The notes: a model not told the origin generated them from the letters alone. Counted from the stretch's first letter, positions 1 to 13,025 are shown. The stretch is DNA of 64,000 nucleotides from Lingula anatina (GCA_051362555.1 CM120644.1:15398534-15462533), one strand, 5' to 3'. Program-made: numbers and translations.

Positions 1-268
1 AGGGTCTGCTTTTTCCAAGGCCCGCTATTCCAAAGGTCCGCTTTTCAGAGGATCCGCTGTTACGAAGTTACATTTCACATATATAGGGCAAACAGCCTAA
101 ATATAGCATATGAATGCGCTTCTTTGACACGAAGGTCAGAGCCCGGATTACGCAACATTTAAAATCCGTTTAAACGCTGCTATAGCATCAATAAACTTTT
201 TCGGAAAGGCGGACCTTCCGAATGGCGGACCCTAAGAATGGCGAACCCTCGGAATATAGGGCTGCCCC
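1..268. mobile_element. Non-autonomous DNA-transposon-like element with inverted arrays of ~15-bp subterminal repeats, truncated at the window start
   Basis: Units like GGTCCGCTATTCCAAA repeat at 1-65 and recur reverse-complemented (GGAAAGGCGGACC, GAATGGCGGACC, GAATGGCGAACC) at ~200-255. Confidence 0.5.
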
Positions 269-1198
269 CGTCCGCTCCAAACCATCATCGTGTAAACGTA
301 ACAAATCTGGCACTTCAACGGCTGAAAATTTATGCCTCCACCTGTCAAGAGTCGAGGTGGAAATACAAGACACTCAAAAATGCTTTTAATGATATTGATC
401 TCAATTTGAAATATGGGCTTTGTAAAATCATGCCATCCGTTTGCCATATCGGTGGTTCAACGCGCAAATCTTAAGAGACGCTCTAAAAAAATCACTAAAT
501 AAGGAATTGTGATACGTGAGACAAAAGATCGCATGCGTGCACTCTATTCATTAAGACTGAAATGGGAAATCTATAAATGCATGGACGATGTATATGTCCC
601 TTAGCATTTCTCTGCCAGGGAGCATTTTTGTTTCCCAGCTTCTCGTCCTGAAATTATCAATAAAATGTCATCTTCACAAATGGAAGTTTGTAGTGGTAGG
701 TCGTGAAAAATGACTTCCACTATGTTTTATTAAACGAAAAGGGGTGTTAATTTGCTTTGGCAATGTACCTCTGATCACTTACATATATTTTCATTATTCA
801 ACTTTTTATAAATTATATTTGCATATTTTTTCAATAGTCTTCTTATTGCCCAACCTATGGTGTTGAAAACTAAATACAACCGGAATCCACACAGAATTTC
901 AAGAAACTCTGCTGTAGTAATGATGATAGAAAAGCATAAGCTTATCAACACAAAACTGAGCACGTGAGCGCATGATTGTGCAAGCAGGCACGCGCGAAAT
1001 ACCACGCGCCTGTCGTAGCTACTGTTTTCTGGAGTTATCACGATCACATGGATTTTTTTTTTTTTTTTTTTTTTTGCAATATCTCGCTCGTAAATGCCCA
1101 TTAATGTAAAGTGCACTTGGACCACCCATATTGGAATTTCATAAAACCTTCTCACACTACTGTGCGACACGCAAAAAAAGAAGAAAAAAACGACTTAA

Positions 1199-1543
1199 AG
1201 GGATAATAACTCTTCGTTTCGGCCAAAAAATGAATTTTCCTGGGGTAAACAACAATTTTTCCATACTTACCAATGGTTAATGAATCCATTTTTACATTCA
1301 AAGTTAGTCCCTGTTTTTTTTTCTAAAAAGTTTGGTTTTTTGTTAAAATCTCTTAAGAGATTTTAACAGAGTGTAGCCATCAATGGAGGTCACGTGGTCT
1401 AAAGACAAGCTCAGATATCAGAATAATAGCTATAACTGCCTTTTTGTGGTAAAACAGAATATGTTATATTTCTATGAGTTATTCACAATGTTTTTATTGT
1501 GAAATCATTTAATGTAGATTTCATACGAAGAGTTATTATCCCT
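1199..1543 (+). mobile_element. MITE with TTAA target site and AGGG termini (Kolobok/T2-MITE-like), copy 1
   Basis: TTAA|AGGGATAATAACTCTTCG ... CGAAGAGTTATTATCCCT|TTAA: perfect 18-bp TIR. Homologous copies at 40097 and 61550. Confidence 0.85.
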
Positions 1544-2038
1544 TTAACTTCACCAACTGGCATAAAACCAAGCTTAGATATGAAGGACCGAATAAGCATT
1601 GTTTTCCTTTCTCTAAATTTTTAATTTTCCGGTCAGTTCTTACGGGCGTTCGCACTTCCGCGGTCCATCGTTACCAATTAATACTAGAAGGTAAAGACCT
1701 TGAAATTTGCTCACATTTTTCCTGATGGTTTATCAACGGCAGATTTTACGGCTTCGATTCTACAAGTGCGTTCTAAAATGAAATGCTGTCGACGATTAGA
1801 CCGAAATGAGCTACAATTAAAATAGAGAATATTAGCAATTACCTGATAGACATTCCGTTGTTCACTTTAGACGTGTCATTTATTAGCTAAAAACATCTTG
1901 CTTGCTTATATGTGGGATAGACGACACTTATACCTCAGACCACCAATAACATAAAGTATTTCAATACTGTCCATATATCTTACATTATCGGCAATGGTGA
2001 GCCCATGGTTCAACAAAGAGGTGAAAGGAACACACTTG

Positions 2039-2081
<43 letters not shown>

Positions 2082-3012
2082 CACACACAAACACACACAC
2101 ACTTTTTATACCCCACAATTCAAATCCCTCAGGATTCATAACCATAGTGTAGGACACGCTTCAAGAAAAAGGCAGCAAAACACGAAATAAAACGTTTTCA
2201 CATCCCCATTAAGCTAGGACCCCCGGGCGCCAAGACGGACAGGCGACATTTAACGAAGCATCCGCCGATCTCCGATAACGTTGGAATTTTTCTAAGGGGC
2301 AAGGCACACACTTAACACACTTTTCACTGAGGTTGACTAACGGTGCGTTAATAAAGCCTGAGATTAAACGCATTCTGCTTGGCGTTTATCACTCGATTGT
2401 AATGACTACTTGGTAGCCAGCTCAGCAGAAAGCCAACTTTACCAAGAGTGTGACGTTGTGCGGAGGTCATGTCAGCACTAGAGAGAGTTATCTCACTATA
2501 GTCGACTGATGTTATTAGCAAAGTCGCTTAATCTTGGCCTGTGTTAAAAAATGTTTTTATTTCTTTTTTAGTACTTGCGTCTTTATTGTATTTCGGTCTA
2601 TTTATCGTTTTGCGTTTCTTTAAAGCTAGTTAGCACCTTGTTCGTTTGTTTTCGAGGTCATGTGAGTATTCAGTCATTCATTTGCCCGTCGGTGTTTTTT
2701 TATTTTTATTTTCATTTCTTTTTCACTGTTTGATTGTTTATTTCCAAATTCGTCCGTTTCTTTGTCTGTCATCTGTGTTCTTGTTTTTTAGTGTCTATTT
2801 GCTTGATTGTGAGTTCAGAAAATGGACACTCGCAGGTAATTAAAAGCGATAAAGGGTAAACGTGAGATTCAAGCACGCCGAAAGATATCCGTGGACTGGG
2901 TTTGGGGCGCTGGACGACCTCGGTCCTCGTCACCCCCCGTCATCATTATTTACCGTCCACACGGACAAACTGCGCCCTCTTTACCTCATATCACCCCAGA
3001 CCTCGACCTTCT

Positions 3013-3272
3013 GGGGTCTGTTCCAACAAGGAACTTAAAAGACCGAAACTTGGTCTTAACTTGTACATAAAAAATCGGCTGCTTCAATTCAGGAAAATCT
3101 GCAATGGTCTAGATACTAGAGCTACTGTTGGTTTAAATTGATAGATAATTCTTCTTTATTATAAAACAAGCGCTACGTTTCATCTTGTCGCATTGCTTAT
3201 TTATCTGGAGTCAAAAAAGACTAAAAGTTTGGACCAATGTCTGTTGTACAGTTCCTGCTTTAAACAGGCCCC
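3013..3272. mobile_element. Degenerate MITE with GGGGCCTGTTT-type TIRs (Harbinger-like)
   Basis: Left end GGGGTCTGTTCCAACAAGGAACT versus reverse complement of the right end GGGGCCTGTTTAAAGCAGGAACT. Confidence 0.55.
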
Positions 3273-4157
3273 CTACCGTGACTGATAAGGACTCGAAACT
3301 TGGGCAATGACGTACGGATTCTTTCTCTATCTAGAAATTTTGGTGAGCCCTTCTTAAAAATATTTGAAATATTTCCTAGAGAAAATCAATTATTTTGTAG
3401 CAAGCAAACAGACACTCCCCATCACTTCTCTAGAATACTGATACAGTTTTTTTTACATGCACTTGTTTATTTTTTGCACAGAGATAAGATACTGGTACAG
3501 ATTTTCTTACATGAACTTCTTAATCTTTTCTATTTGTTTTTTTTTGTTTTTTGTTTTTTTTTTGTTTGTTTTTTTTTTTTTTGTTCATGTACTTATGCAC
3601 AGAGCGAAGATACTGATGCAGAATTTTGTTATACGTACTTGCTTATCTATCCTATTTGTATTTTTCAGTTCATATATTCATGCACTTGCTCATTTGTCCA
3701 TTTCTTCATTTTTAGTCATTATTTATTATTTATGTTATCATAATTTACTTAACTGATCATTTTTTCCGGGGTGTACTTTTAACAAACTATCTGTTTTTAA
3801 GTTAAGGTCATGGAATTTCTAGTACGCGTCTGGAATATTTCAAAAAGACACATGTCCTAATAGGCAGGGATGTTGTTGCTTGTTAAATTTACGAGCGCCC
3901 TCGATTTTTTTCCTATGCCCTCGTGGCTCCTAAATGGTGTACAACGATCGCTGAAAACATGAAAAAAGAGGGAATCCTAGAAATACACCACCGCACCACG
4001 CCTTCGTGATTACTAGCCCTAAAGAATGTTTACGTTTTTTGTCCATTGTCACATAGCTGTGTCACAATCGTTTAGAACAGTGCCCGCGAAAAAAACACCA
4101 CCAAGTTTAATTCATTGACCCTGAGTTTCAAAGTCCAAGCTGGAAACTCTTCTCTAA

Positions 4158-4417
4158 GGGTTCATTCCCAATACAACTATGGTTCTACGTGAATTAATCG
4201 ATTCAACTTCGCAGGGACTCTCGCTGACTGCAATCAGCTTAATTGAATGGCATGCCTCCTCCTGGCGTTGAGTAGATAACAGAAAAGCTTCTGATTATAA
4301 GAGTACGTTGGAAACAACAAGAGACGTGTTAAACTGTGAAATTGATTGCATTCAGCGAGAGTCCCCGCACAGTTGGATCGATCCACGTAGACCGATGGTG
4401 ATTATGGGAATGGGGTC
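4158..4417. mobile_element. PIF/Harbinger (Tourist-like) MITE, full length
   Basis: ~85-bp imperfect TIRs (CATTCCCA..TCTACGTG..GGGACTCTCGCTGA..TGCAATCA) with a TAA duplication on both sides. Partial copies near 10690, 22140 and 32408. Confidence 0.75.
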
Positions 4418-5175
4418 TAAGTCACCCAGTGCTCCAGACTCCATTGGAAGCGTTTTTTTTTATTCATGATGCCCTCACTGCCCTCAAAAAGTAACCCTTC
4501 TCTACATTTATCAGCATGCACTGTATACGCTTTTGCCATTAAAATAAAGCGTAATATGGGTAGTTGTCACTGAAAAGGAGAACACCGGGTGTAGAGAATC
4601 GGGTGTAAAATTCCTTTGAGGTCCCCATTATACTTGCTGGATACAAGAAGGTCGCCAAATTTTGACCCAAATTCAGGGTGATTGAGATGACGCGTGGAAT
4701 GTATGGGGGATGACAGTGTCTAATAAATTAGTTATTCTGGCTATTTAGCTCTAGGTATGTTAGTACTTTGGCATTGTCCTGTGTTTGGTGACACATGTTG
4801 TACTAATTGGTACAAATATGTTAGACATTCGGGAGTGTGTACTGGTCACTTGGGGATAAGTGGTTAACACGGCTGTGAGATGTGTAATCCCAAATTAAGA
4901 GTATTATATTCGATAAACAGTATTTTCTGTAGTTGTCATAGCTGTAAAATATAGTAGCCAAAGAGAGTGTGGAGTGTTTACCCCCCCCCCCCCCCCCCCC
5001 CCCCCACACACACACTCACACATTTTTTTCTGCCACGTTAGTTGAAAGAATACGCAGGGTGGTTTTTATAGTTACCCACCCCTCCCGTCGCTTTTTCTTT
5101 CTGAATAGTTAGCTCCTTACGTGCATTTTGTGACTTTTGGATCGTCATTGGTTCTATCACATGTCACATGTGTAG

Positions 5176-5220
<45 letters not shown>

Positions 5221-5549
5221 GTATTTGTGTCTAGTGATAAATTGCTCAGCCCATCATTAGAGACAGCTTGCGAGGAAATCCAGAAAAAAGAGAAAAGAGA
5301 TTATCTGATTACATTAAAAGTTGCATTAACGTTATCCAACGTACCTCTATGGATTTAAAAAAAGCTGAACACAGATATTTCTAATCCTATAAATGATTAA
5401 TGGTAATTTGTGGGAGCGTAAATATTCAGAAGGTAAAAAGATAATGGCTGACCCGGTAAAAAGATGAGCGCCATATTTTCCATCTTGAACATTTTTGAAA
5501 GACAGTAAGATAATAATAAATAAATATGTATTTTTTATCTCTTAAAGAA

Positions 5550-5564
5550 AAACGACTAACAATA

Positions 5565-5604
<40 letters not shown>

Positions 5605-5622
5605 TAGTATTGTTAGTCGTTT
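5550..5622. repeat. Perfect 18-bp inverted repeat enclosing a (CA)n tract
   Basis: AAACGACTAACAATACTA-(CA)n-TAGTATTGTTAGTCGTTT. Confidence 0.85.
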
Positions 5623-6916
5623 CCCTAAGATAAACATCGTCACTGAACGTTAAACTATCTATAAATAAAACTTAAAAGTAATATCAAAACTTAAGACTGT
5701 TCAGGCATAAAAACTAATCAAAACTATAAGTTTACATGTATATCCTTGAATATTGAGGTATTGCTATAGAATTCGAGGATACGTATGTAACCCCTAGTAT
5801 CTCAGAAAAAGCAAAAATAAATAAATAAATAAATAAATAAATAGATAGATAGATTAGATAGATAGATAACGGAGAATTGCACCACTTAAATGATGTTAAA
5901 CCATACTTTGTGTGGTAAAGGAATTCTGGATAGGAAAAACCCGTGCCAAACACCACAGTTTAAATATGTCATCAGACAGAAGTCTAATATTTGATATACC
6001 ACATATACCAGTGTTGGTAGATCAAAGTATTGATTATATTTATCTATGTCTGGAGGCTCAATAATATCCACTAACTAGTGATTTTGATATTTATAACTGT
6101 TCTATATCGATAAAACTTTTGGATTATATTTATTTTTAGGAGACAATGGAGGATCTAGTATAAAAGGTGGGGGGGACGACATGCATGTGTCCATCTCCTT
6201 CCTTATCTTTTAAGCCCCCCCCCCAAAAAAAAAAAAACAAAAACAAAAAAAAGAAAAAAACAACAACCTCTGCCCACCCACCCCCAAAGAAAGATAAATA
6301 ATAAAGAGTATGAGGAACTTGATGAGACAAAACAAACTACAGTTTCATACTTGCGCCATACAATTTGTAGTACGAATTGTGTTTCATATTTATATATCTT
6401 TATCCCCCCCCCCCCAAAAAAAAGGAAATTCTCGGTGCGCAGTCGGTAGATGCTTTCAAATATAACCCAGAAGATTTTATGAGGCCTTTGTCTGAAATGG
6501 GTGGTATTATTCAGTAGTGATCGTGAGATATATTTGGAAAAAATTATCTCTGTTATTGGAAAAGAGATCTCCCAAAATAGCCGAGACAATGTAAATGGAA
6601 GTGTTCAGACTTTTTTTTTTATTTTACGCCGGAGGAGTGCATGCGTGTGAGTAATTAGTCAACCGCTAGCTATGAACATGAAGTTAGCTACATCTCACAG
6701 TAAACAAACAAACAAAAAACAACCAAATAGCAAGGGAGTAACTAGGTTAAAGTTAAATATTTCTTAAGCTCTAAACGCTGGTTACCTCCCTATTGATCCC
6801 CTTTCCAATAACCATGAAAAAATATCGATCTTTTTTATCGTACTTACAGAGTTAGTGCTCTAAAATGCATCTCGTAAACCGGCGTGATAGGAATGGTAGT
6901 CCGCTAGGAACTTTAG

Positions 6917-6997
6917 TCCGTTCTTCATTACTTTGTACAGGTGACATGCGTCCCATATACTAACCCTAATATTTCAGCTAACCCAAACCTGTACAGA
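6917..6997 (+). repeat. Dispersed ~80-bp repeat family (CATTACTTTGTAC..GTGACAT..CTAACCCTAACCTG)
   Basis: Related copies at ~16327-16405 and ~22695-22772, more diverged at ~46540-46612, and inverted at ~61095-61150. Confidence 0.6.
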
Positions 6998-7237
6998 TCT
7001 TTGAGACCCCAATCCTTGGACTGCCGTTCCTGTCACACCGGTTGTGACGAACGTAGCTGAGCACTTGTTACCTGCTCGTGCGCTGAAGAACTGCTGCATT
7101 GCGGTAGTTGTGAAGAACACATTGTATGTCTCAACAGCTCCAAGTGAATTGTGTTATATGAAAATTTGAGCACCCCATTGTGTTGGCTTCTCCACCTCCC
7201 CTCCCCCCCCCCCCTCTCTGTTTCTCTCTCTCTCTCC

Positions 7238-7281
<44 letters not shown>

Positions 7282-7401
7282 ACCCTGAGTGTCAGAGAAA
7301 CGTAAAAGCTAGCTTGCTAAATATACCTCGTGGTGGAGTCGCGCTGACAATACCGGAATCTAGAACCTAGGGTATCTCTCACACACACACACACACACTC
7401 A

Positions 7402-7440
<39 letters not shown>

Positions 7441-8475
7441 ACACACACACACGGTCCCACGTAATTTCCAATCCAGGATGTAATGCGTTTCCCATTGACA
7501 AATTATAGTAAATGATAATGTGAACATGTGTCACCTTCCCTCCTCTCCTGTTATCTTTCTGGACCCGCCAAACCGTCTATGTAAAAAGTGATTGGTAAAC
7601 AGGTTGTCTATTGGCTTAAAAGGGGATTTTCACTTTCACTCAACGTGAATAAAAATAAATAAAAAAAAAAAAAAGATCACTCGAAACTTAATATATTTGT
7701 TTTATTCTAAACATGGGATTATCGGCTTATACAAACTCAACAACACGTGTCATATGTATATTTTCTTTTATAAAAATATCAAAATTGAGCTGATATAGTA
7801 TTCTAGAATTTGTCTTGAATAAAGAAATACATATGTAGATGGATAGTGAAAGAAAGAAACAGACATGTAACTAGATGAAACAAAAACTAATCGAATATAT
7901 AAATAGAAACTAAAATGCATCCATTTAAAAAACAAAAACACATTGATAAATTGTTAAATAAATAAGATAAAGAAACAAACAAATGAACAAATCAATAGAT
8001 AAATACACATCGATTATTTAATCTAAGTTTCCTTGCTGCTTACATGATTTATTGCATAGGCGTGCGTTCAATGTTTATCTTTTTAAGGTAGTTTAAACCA
8101 ATACAGTCTTCGTTAACACCATGCGCGCTCTAAAGCTCCTAAGGTAAAGCCGTTTCAAAACCCAGATAAGCAGTATTTAATACGAGCTATAAGATCTTAT
8201 CTTTACTTTTTCCCCTCAAATAATGAAACTTATACACGCTCAATATCAAGTGAGTAAAATATTTATTTGTGGAAAAATATGAGATCTTAAAGCAGTTTAC
8301 CAACCAGCTCACTTGTTTCAGCATATATGAGAACAATCACGATTATGCTTTTTATTTACAGGCTCACGCACAAACATATTGCTGTCTTTTTTTTTTAATA
8401 AGATGCACCAGATGTAGATGTTAGCTCCTACCAGTTAGCTGTCGATCAGTTTGGTCACTGTGTCCGCTTACATCT

Positions 8476-8494
8476 TCACAGGTCAGTCGTCATC
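8476..8494 (-). CDS. Mucin exon 7 coding part (KMTTDL-stop)
   Basis: tttgtttctaattaag|G ATG ACG ACT GAC CTG TGA; compatible with the preceding phase 2; ends in T-x-L. Confidence 0.65.
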
Positions 8495-9376
8495 CTTAAT
8501 TAGAAACAAAAATTATCATGTTTTTTTTTTTTAGAAAATCAAAGGCGTTATAAAACGTATGAATCATTATTTTTAGAATTATGAGTCACTGTCTAGAAAT
8601 CTTAAATTTAAAATTCGAGCTATAATACTATAATTCATATAGATATGATGCTGAAAAGATTTTCGATCATGATGACTGCTATGTGAGATTCGAATTATTA
8701 GATATAGATATATTATATAAAATAAAAATGCCATTAATAGCTTCATGTTCTGCAATTGTAATTCCAACTAGCATCTATAAGAGCATATCAGACTTTTCCC
8801 CCCTCTCTCTCTCTCTACCCTCTCTCTCCAATCTCTCTCTCACTCTCCAATCTCTCTCTCTCTCTCTCTCCAAACTCACTTGCTCATAAAGCTGTTCTTC
8901 TTAGACCGTCTCCTCCGCCACCACAAGATGACAAACATTACGATTAGGAACAGAATGACCCCGACGACGATTCCACCGTAGATTAAGGGGTCCCGTTGCC
9001 AATTAAGTCTTGACTCTGTGCAGTGACTATCTGTATAATCGATCTTAACGAAAACATGGTTCTCTGACCGGCACCTAGAAAATAAAAAACAACATTATTT
9101 TACAGCTCACTTAATGATAAATGAAGTTCGAATTGATACATTGTGCCGTCCTAAAAGGCCAGATCTTGGTTAAAAAAGTAATCGTTTCTAAAGAGAGTTA
9201 ACAGGTTTAATGCACATGCCAACACAGTGCACCCTTCACCAGTGGATGTTGAGTGACTTGTCGAAAACAAGAAGTTATAAAGTGACTTACAACTTCTTGT
9301 CGAAAATAAGCATCTCATCGTGGCTGGTGGGGAGGGGTGGCTGCAAGCCCCGTGCGAGTTTGGAGAGAGAGAGATA

Positions 9377-9435
<59 letters not shown>

Positions 9436-12400
9436 TAAATATGGGAAGAGAGAGAGAGAGAGAGAGTAAATATGGGAAGAGAGAGAGAGAGACGGAGAGA
9501 GAGATATGCTTTTACAGGTGCCTGGTCAGACTTCATTAGTACGCAAAATATCTCCGTACACTCACGAGAGGCAAATCCATACAACTACGCAAGTCAGTAC
9601 GCTTAATGAAACGTTACACTACGTCACAGCGCTATGAACTCACGTGCACGTGGCTTCGTTACTCGAAGAGGACACCTGGCATTCGCCCCGGCCATTACAA
9701 TCCCAGTTTTCACACTTGCGGGCGCAGGTGATCGTTGGGTCCTGCTCGTTGTTTTCGCATCTGTATTCATGTGGATTTTTGGGTATTAGCTTTTCGCAAG
9801 AGTCTGCGCCATTCAGAGAACAAAGGTTCTTAAAATTGCCCACTGAAAAAAAGGCAATTATTGGCTGAGGTCAATATGTTATCTTGCATGTATAAAAACT
9901 ATTTGTTTTTGTTTTCTCGTTTATTTATTGAAAAGAGAAAAAAAATGGACGTGACTAACACTAAGTATTACAAATATTATTAAAATTGAAGTTCAAAAAG
10001 CCTATAATGCAAGGCGAGACTTATCAAATATGTTAGTGTCGCAACAGCTGTTTAACCAACCCAATGTACTGTATTTCAATTCAAATATCTTATAAAGCAG
10101 CTTAAGAAAACACCTTTCCCTTACGGTGTGTCCATTATTCAAGAGTCTTCACATACCTTGACGGTCAAAGCTGGCTCGGGCCCGAGTTAGGTCAGCTGTA
10201 AGCTCCTTCCCATTTGTAGTTAATCTAAAAGTTTGATTTTTGAAAAGAATGTCTTTGATTTGCTGTATCGCAGATGTAATGTTCTTTTGATCTCCCAGGA
10301 GGAATTCCAGAGGAAATATAATCGAGTAAGTGACATTTATCTCTCCAAGTACGTCCGTATCTCTAGAAAAAAAAGAGCAGTGCGTTTTTCATATTATCAG
10401 TATAGGGGTAGGAGCGAACTGTGTGTTCACAATAAGAGAAAAAAACGCATCAACCCTATAAGCGCACGAAGCAGGGGGCGATTAAGGGATTTTTTACTTC
10501 TTTAAGGCAAATTTACATATAAATCAGCCATTGGCGTATTACGAGGAGGGAGGATAAAAGAGGGAGGATGTTAAAGTCCAGGAGGTTCTATGCCGTCCTC
10601 CAGCTTTTCCTAATGAGTCCCCCACTAAATAATAGTATAATAATAATTGTATTAAATACATAAGTTACATGCTAGGGGCACTCTATGGCTGTGTTCAGAA
10701 TAGAATTTATCGGTCCAGCAGGATCGATCTATCTCAGCGGGAATTCTCGCAAAGGCGCAACCAATTTAATCAGCTTAATAAAATATTATAAACTTGTACG
10801 TACATTGAGTTGATTTCTACGTCTTCATGTCCAATAACACCTTTAAATTTATCTCTAAGCTGAAAATCGGTAGACAAGTGTTCATGTATTAATGCCATTT
10901 ATTTTGTTGATCTTATGTACAATTTAAATGATTTATTCAACCATGAACCTATTTTGACTTAAAAGTATATAAACAATAGGTAGTATAAGGTAAAAAGTCG
11001 CAGATTAACGAGGTTAGGCAATTGAGTAAATAATTTCATTTAATTTAATCTAATCTAATACACTGCTCTTTTAACAGCAGCTAAAACCTGAGTTTTTTTA
11101 CTCCAAGGTTTTGACTTCTGTCAAGATCTCTCTGAAAACGGAACTGCAGTTGAACAAGTTGTTGGATTCTAGGACAATTCCCCCCCCCCCCGGACAATTC
11201 CCCCAGGACAATCCCCCCCCCCCGGACGAGACCCCGCCGCCCAAGAAATATATACTAATATACAAATATAAAGTAAATTAGCGTTAAGCTCAAAACATTT
11301 CATCCAATTTATAATATTTTAGTGTGATAATACAACTTCATCATTAAAGAAATTACTTTGTAACAAAAAATCCTTTTACGTTGAGTACAAGTACAGAAAG
11401 TATTATCTAATCAAAGTATAACCACCTATCCTTCAGGTAAAGGTGGGGTAAACAGATGAACAGGTAAACAGATATTTTATGAATATTTTCAGTGTGATTG
11501 GTAGTGGGTAAGTAGGTAGCAGTCAAGCAATTAAAGGTGACAGATAATCAAAGGAATACCTAGATAAGCAAGAATCTGTTTACCCCACCTCCCCTAAAGA
11601 TGCATCTTGAATCAAGGATTACTTAATCAAGGGTGGGGGGGGGGGGGATAATGAAACAATTATAAGTAACAGTTAATTCTTCAAAGGGGTTACATGAGAG
11701 TGAGATCATCTGTTTACCCAAACTTTACCAGGAGATATACTTTGATCAGATTATTTTAAATAAAATTTTCTGTACTTTCATTTCTAAAACTTTCTGTACT
11801 TGTACTCCATGAAAATAATTTGTTTAATGGAATTCACTTTCTCTAACCCGGAGTTGCATCATCACACTAAAAATATTCATAAAATGGATGAAGAGATTTT
11901 AACTTTATACTCTTTCCTTTATATTAGTTCATAAATGTATATTCTTCGGGGGGGGGGGGGGGGGGGGGGGTCCTGGGGGGGGGGGGGTTGTTCTGATACC
12001 TGTCATACCAGATTGTTGTGCCTCTGTGTAATTAACAAGGTATATATCCAGATTTCAAAATACAGCAGATATCACATAAAAAACACATCCGGCTGGATAT
12101 TGGAAATTGGAGTACAAACAATTCTGATCTTAGCTGTTTTTGTGCAGTAACTATTTAACAGTTATAATTTTTTAAAGAAATTTTAACAGATTTAATTTTC
12201 AAGATGACAATATATCCTACCTGCTGCTCAAGATAATCTGTTATATCATCCTTTTGCTTTTCATCTGTTTTATTGAATGCTGTCGAAGTCGAATTCAGTA
12301 TAAAGGAAAGATGCAAACCTTTCGTGAGATTTTTTATTTCCTCTGATCCTAGAAATAGACACATATGTACATTAAGGAATCTGATCGCGTATACTGGATG

Positions 12401-12976
12401 AGGTCAGCATCTACTACCTTGCAAAATAAGCGCCGAAATGTGCGTCCCTCCTCTTCACTAAAAGCAAACAATAACACAAAACATAAAAAGAAAGAAGTAA
12501 ATAAATGATAATGAACAGACAAAAACAATCGCCAGCCCAAGGTAACAAATTAACAAGGCAGCAAAGTCACCACCCAATGCCGTTTCACCCCTAAATTTTC
12601 ATTCTATGATGATTAAGTTTATTTTAAATATTTTATTTTTGATTATTGATTGATTGATTAATGATCCGTATCATCACCAAAAACTAATCGTTTGTTCCTT
12701 GCCCCCTCCTGACAATTCCTGAAAATTTCATTAAAATCGGTCCATAATTTAGATTTTTTATTATTTTTGATTATTGATTATTGATTGCTTATTGATCCTG
12801 ATCACCACCAAAAACTAATCATCTGTTCCTTGGCCCACTTCTGACAGTTCCTGAAAATTTCATCAAAATCGGTCCATTACTTTTTCTGTTGCTAACAGAC
12901 AGACAGACAGACAGACAGACAAATTAACGGAACCAAAAACATTGGCGGAGGTAATTAACAGATAAATAAAGAAGCA

Positions 12977-13025
<49 letters not shown>

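Noticed and set aside
3300-3756. Hydrophobic Phe-rich ORFs (147 aa and 99 aa)
   Set aside because: Derived from T-rich low-complexity sequence, with no domain or splice support.
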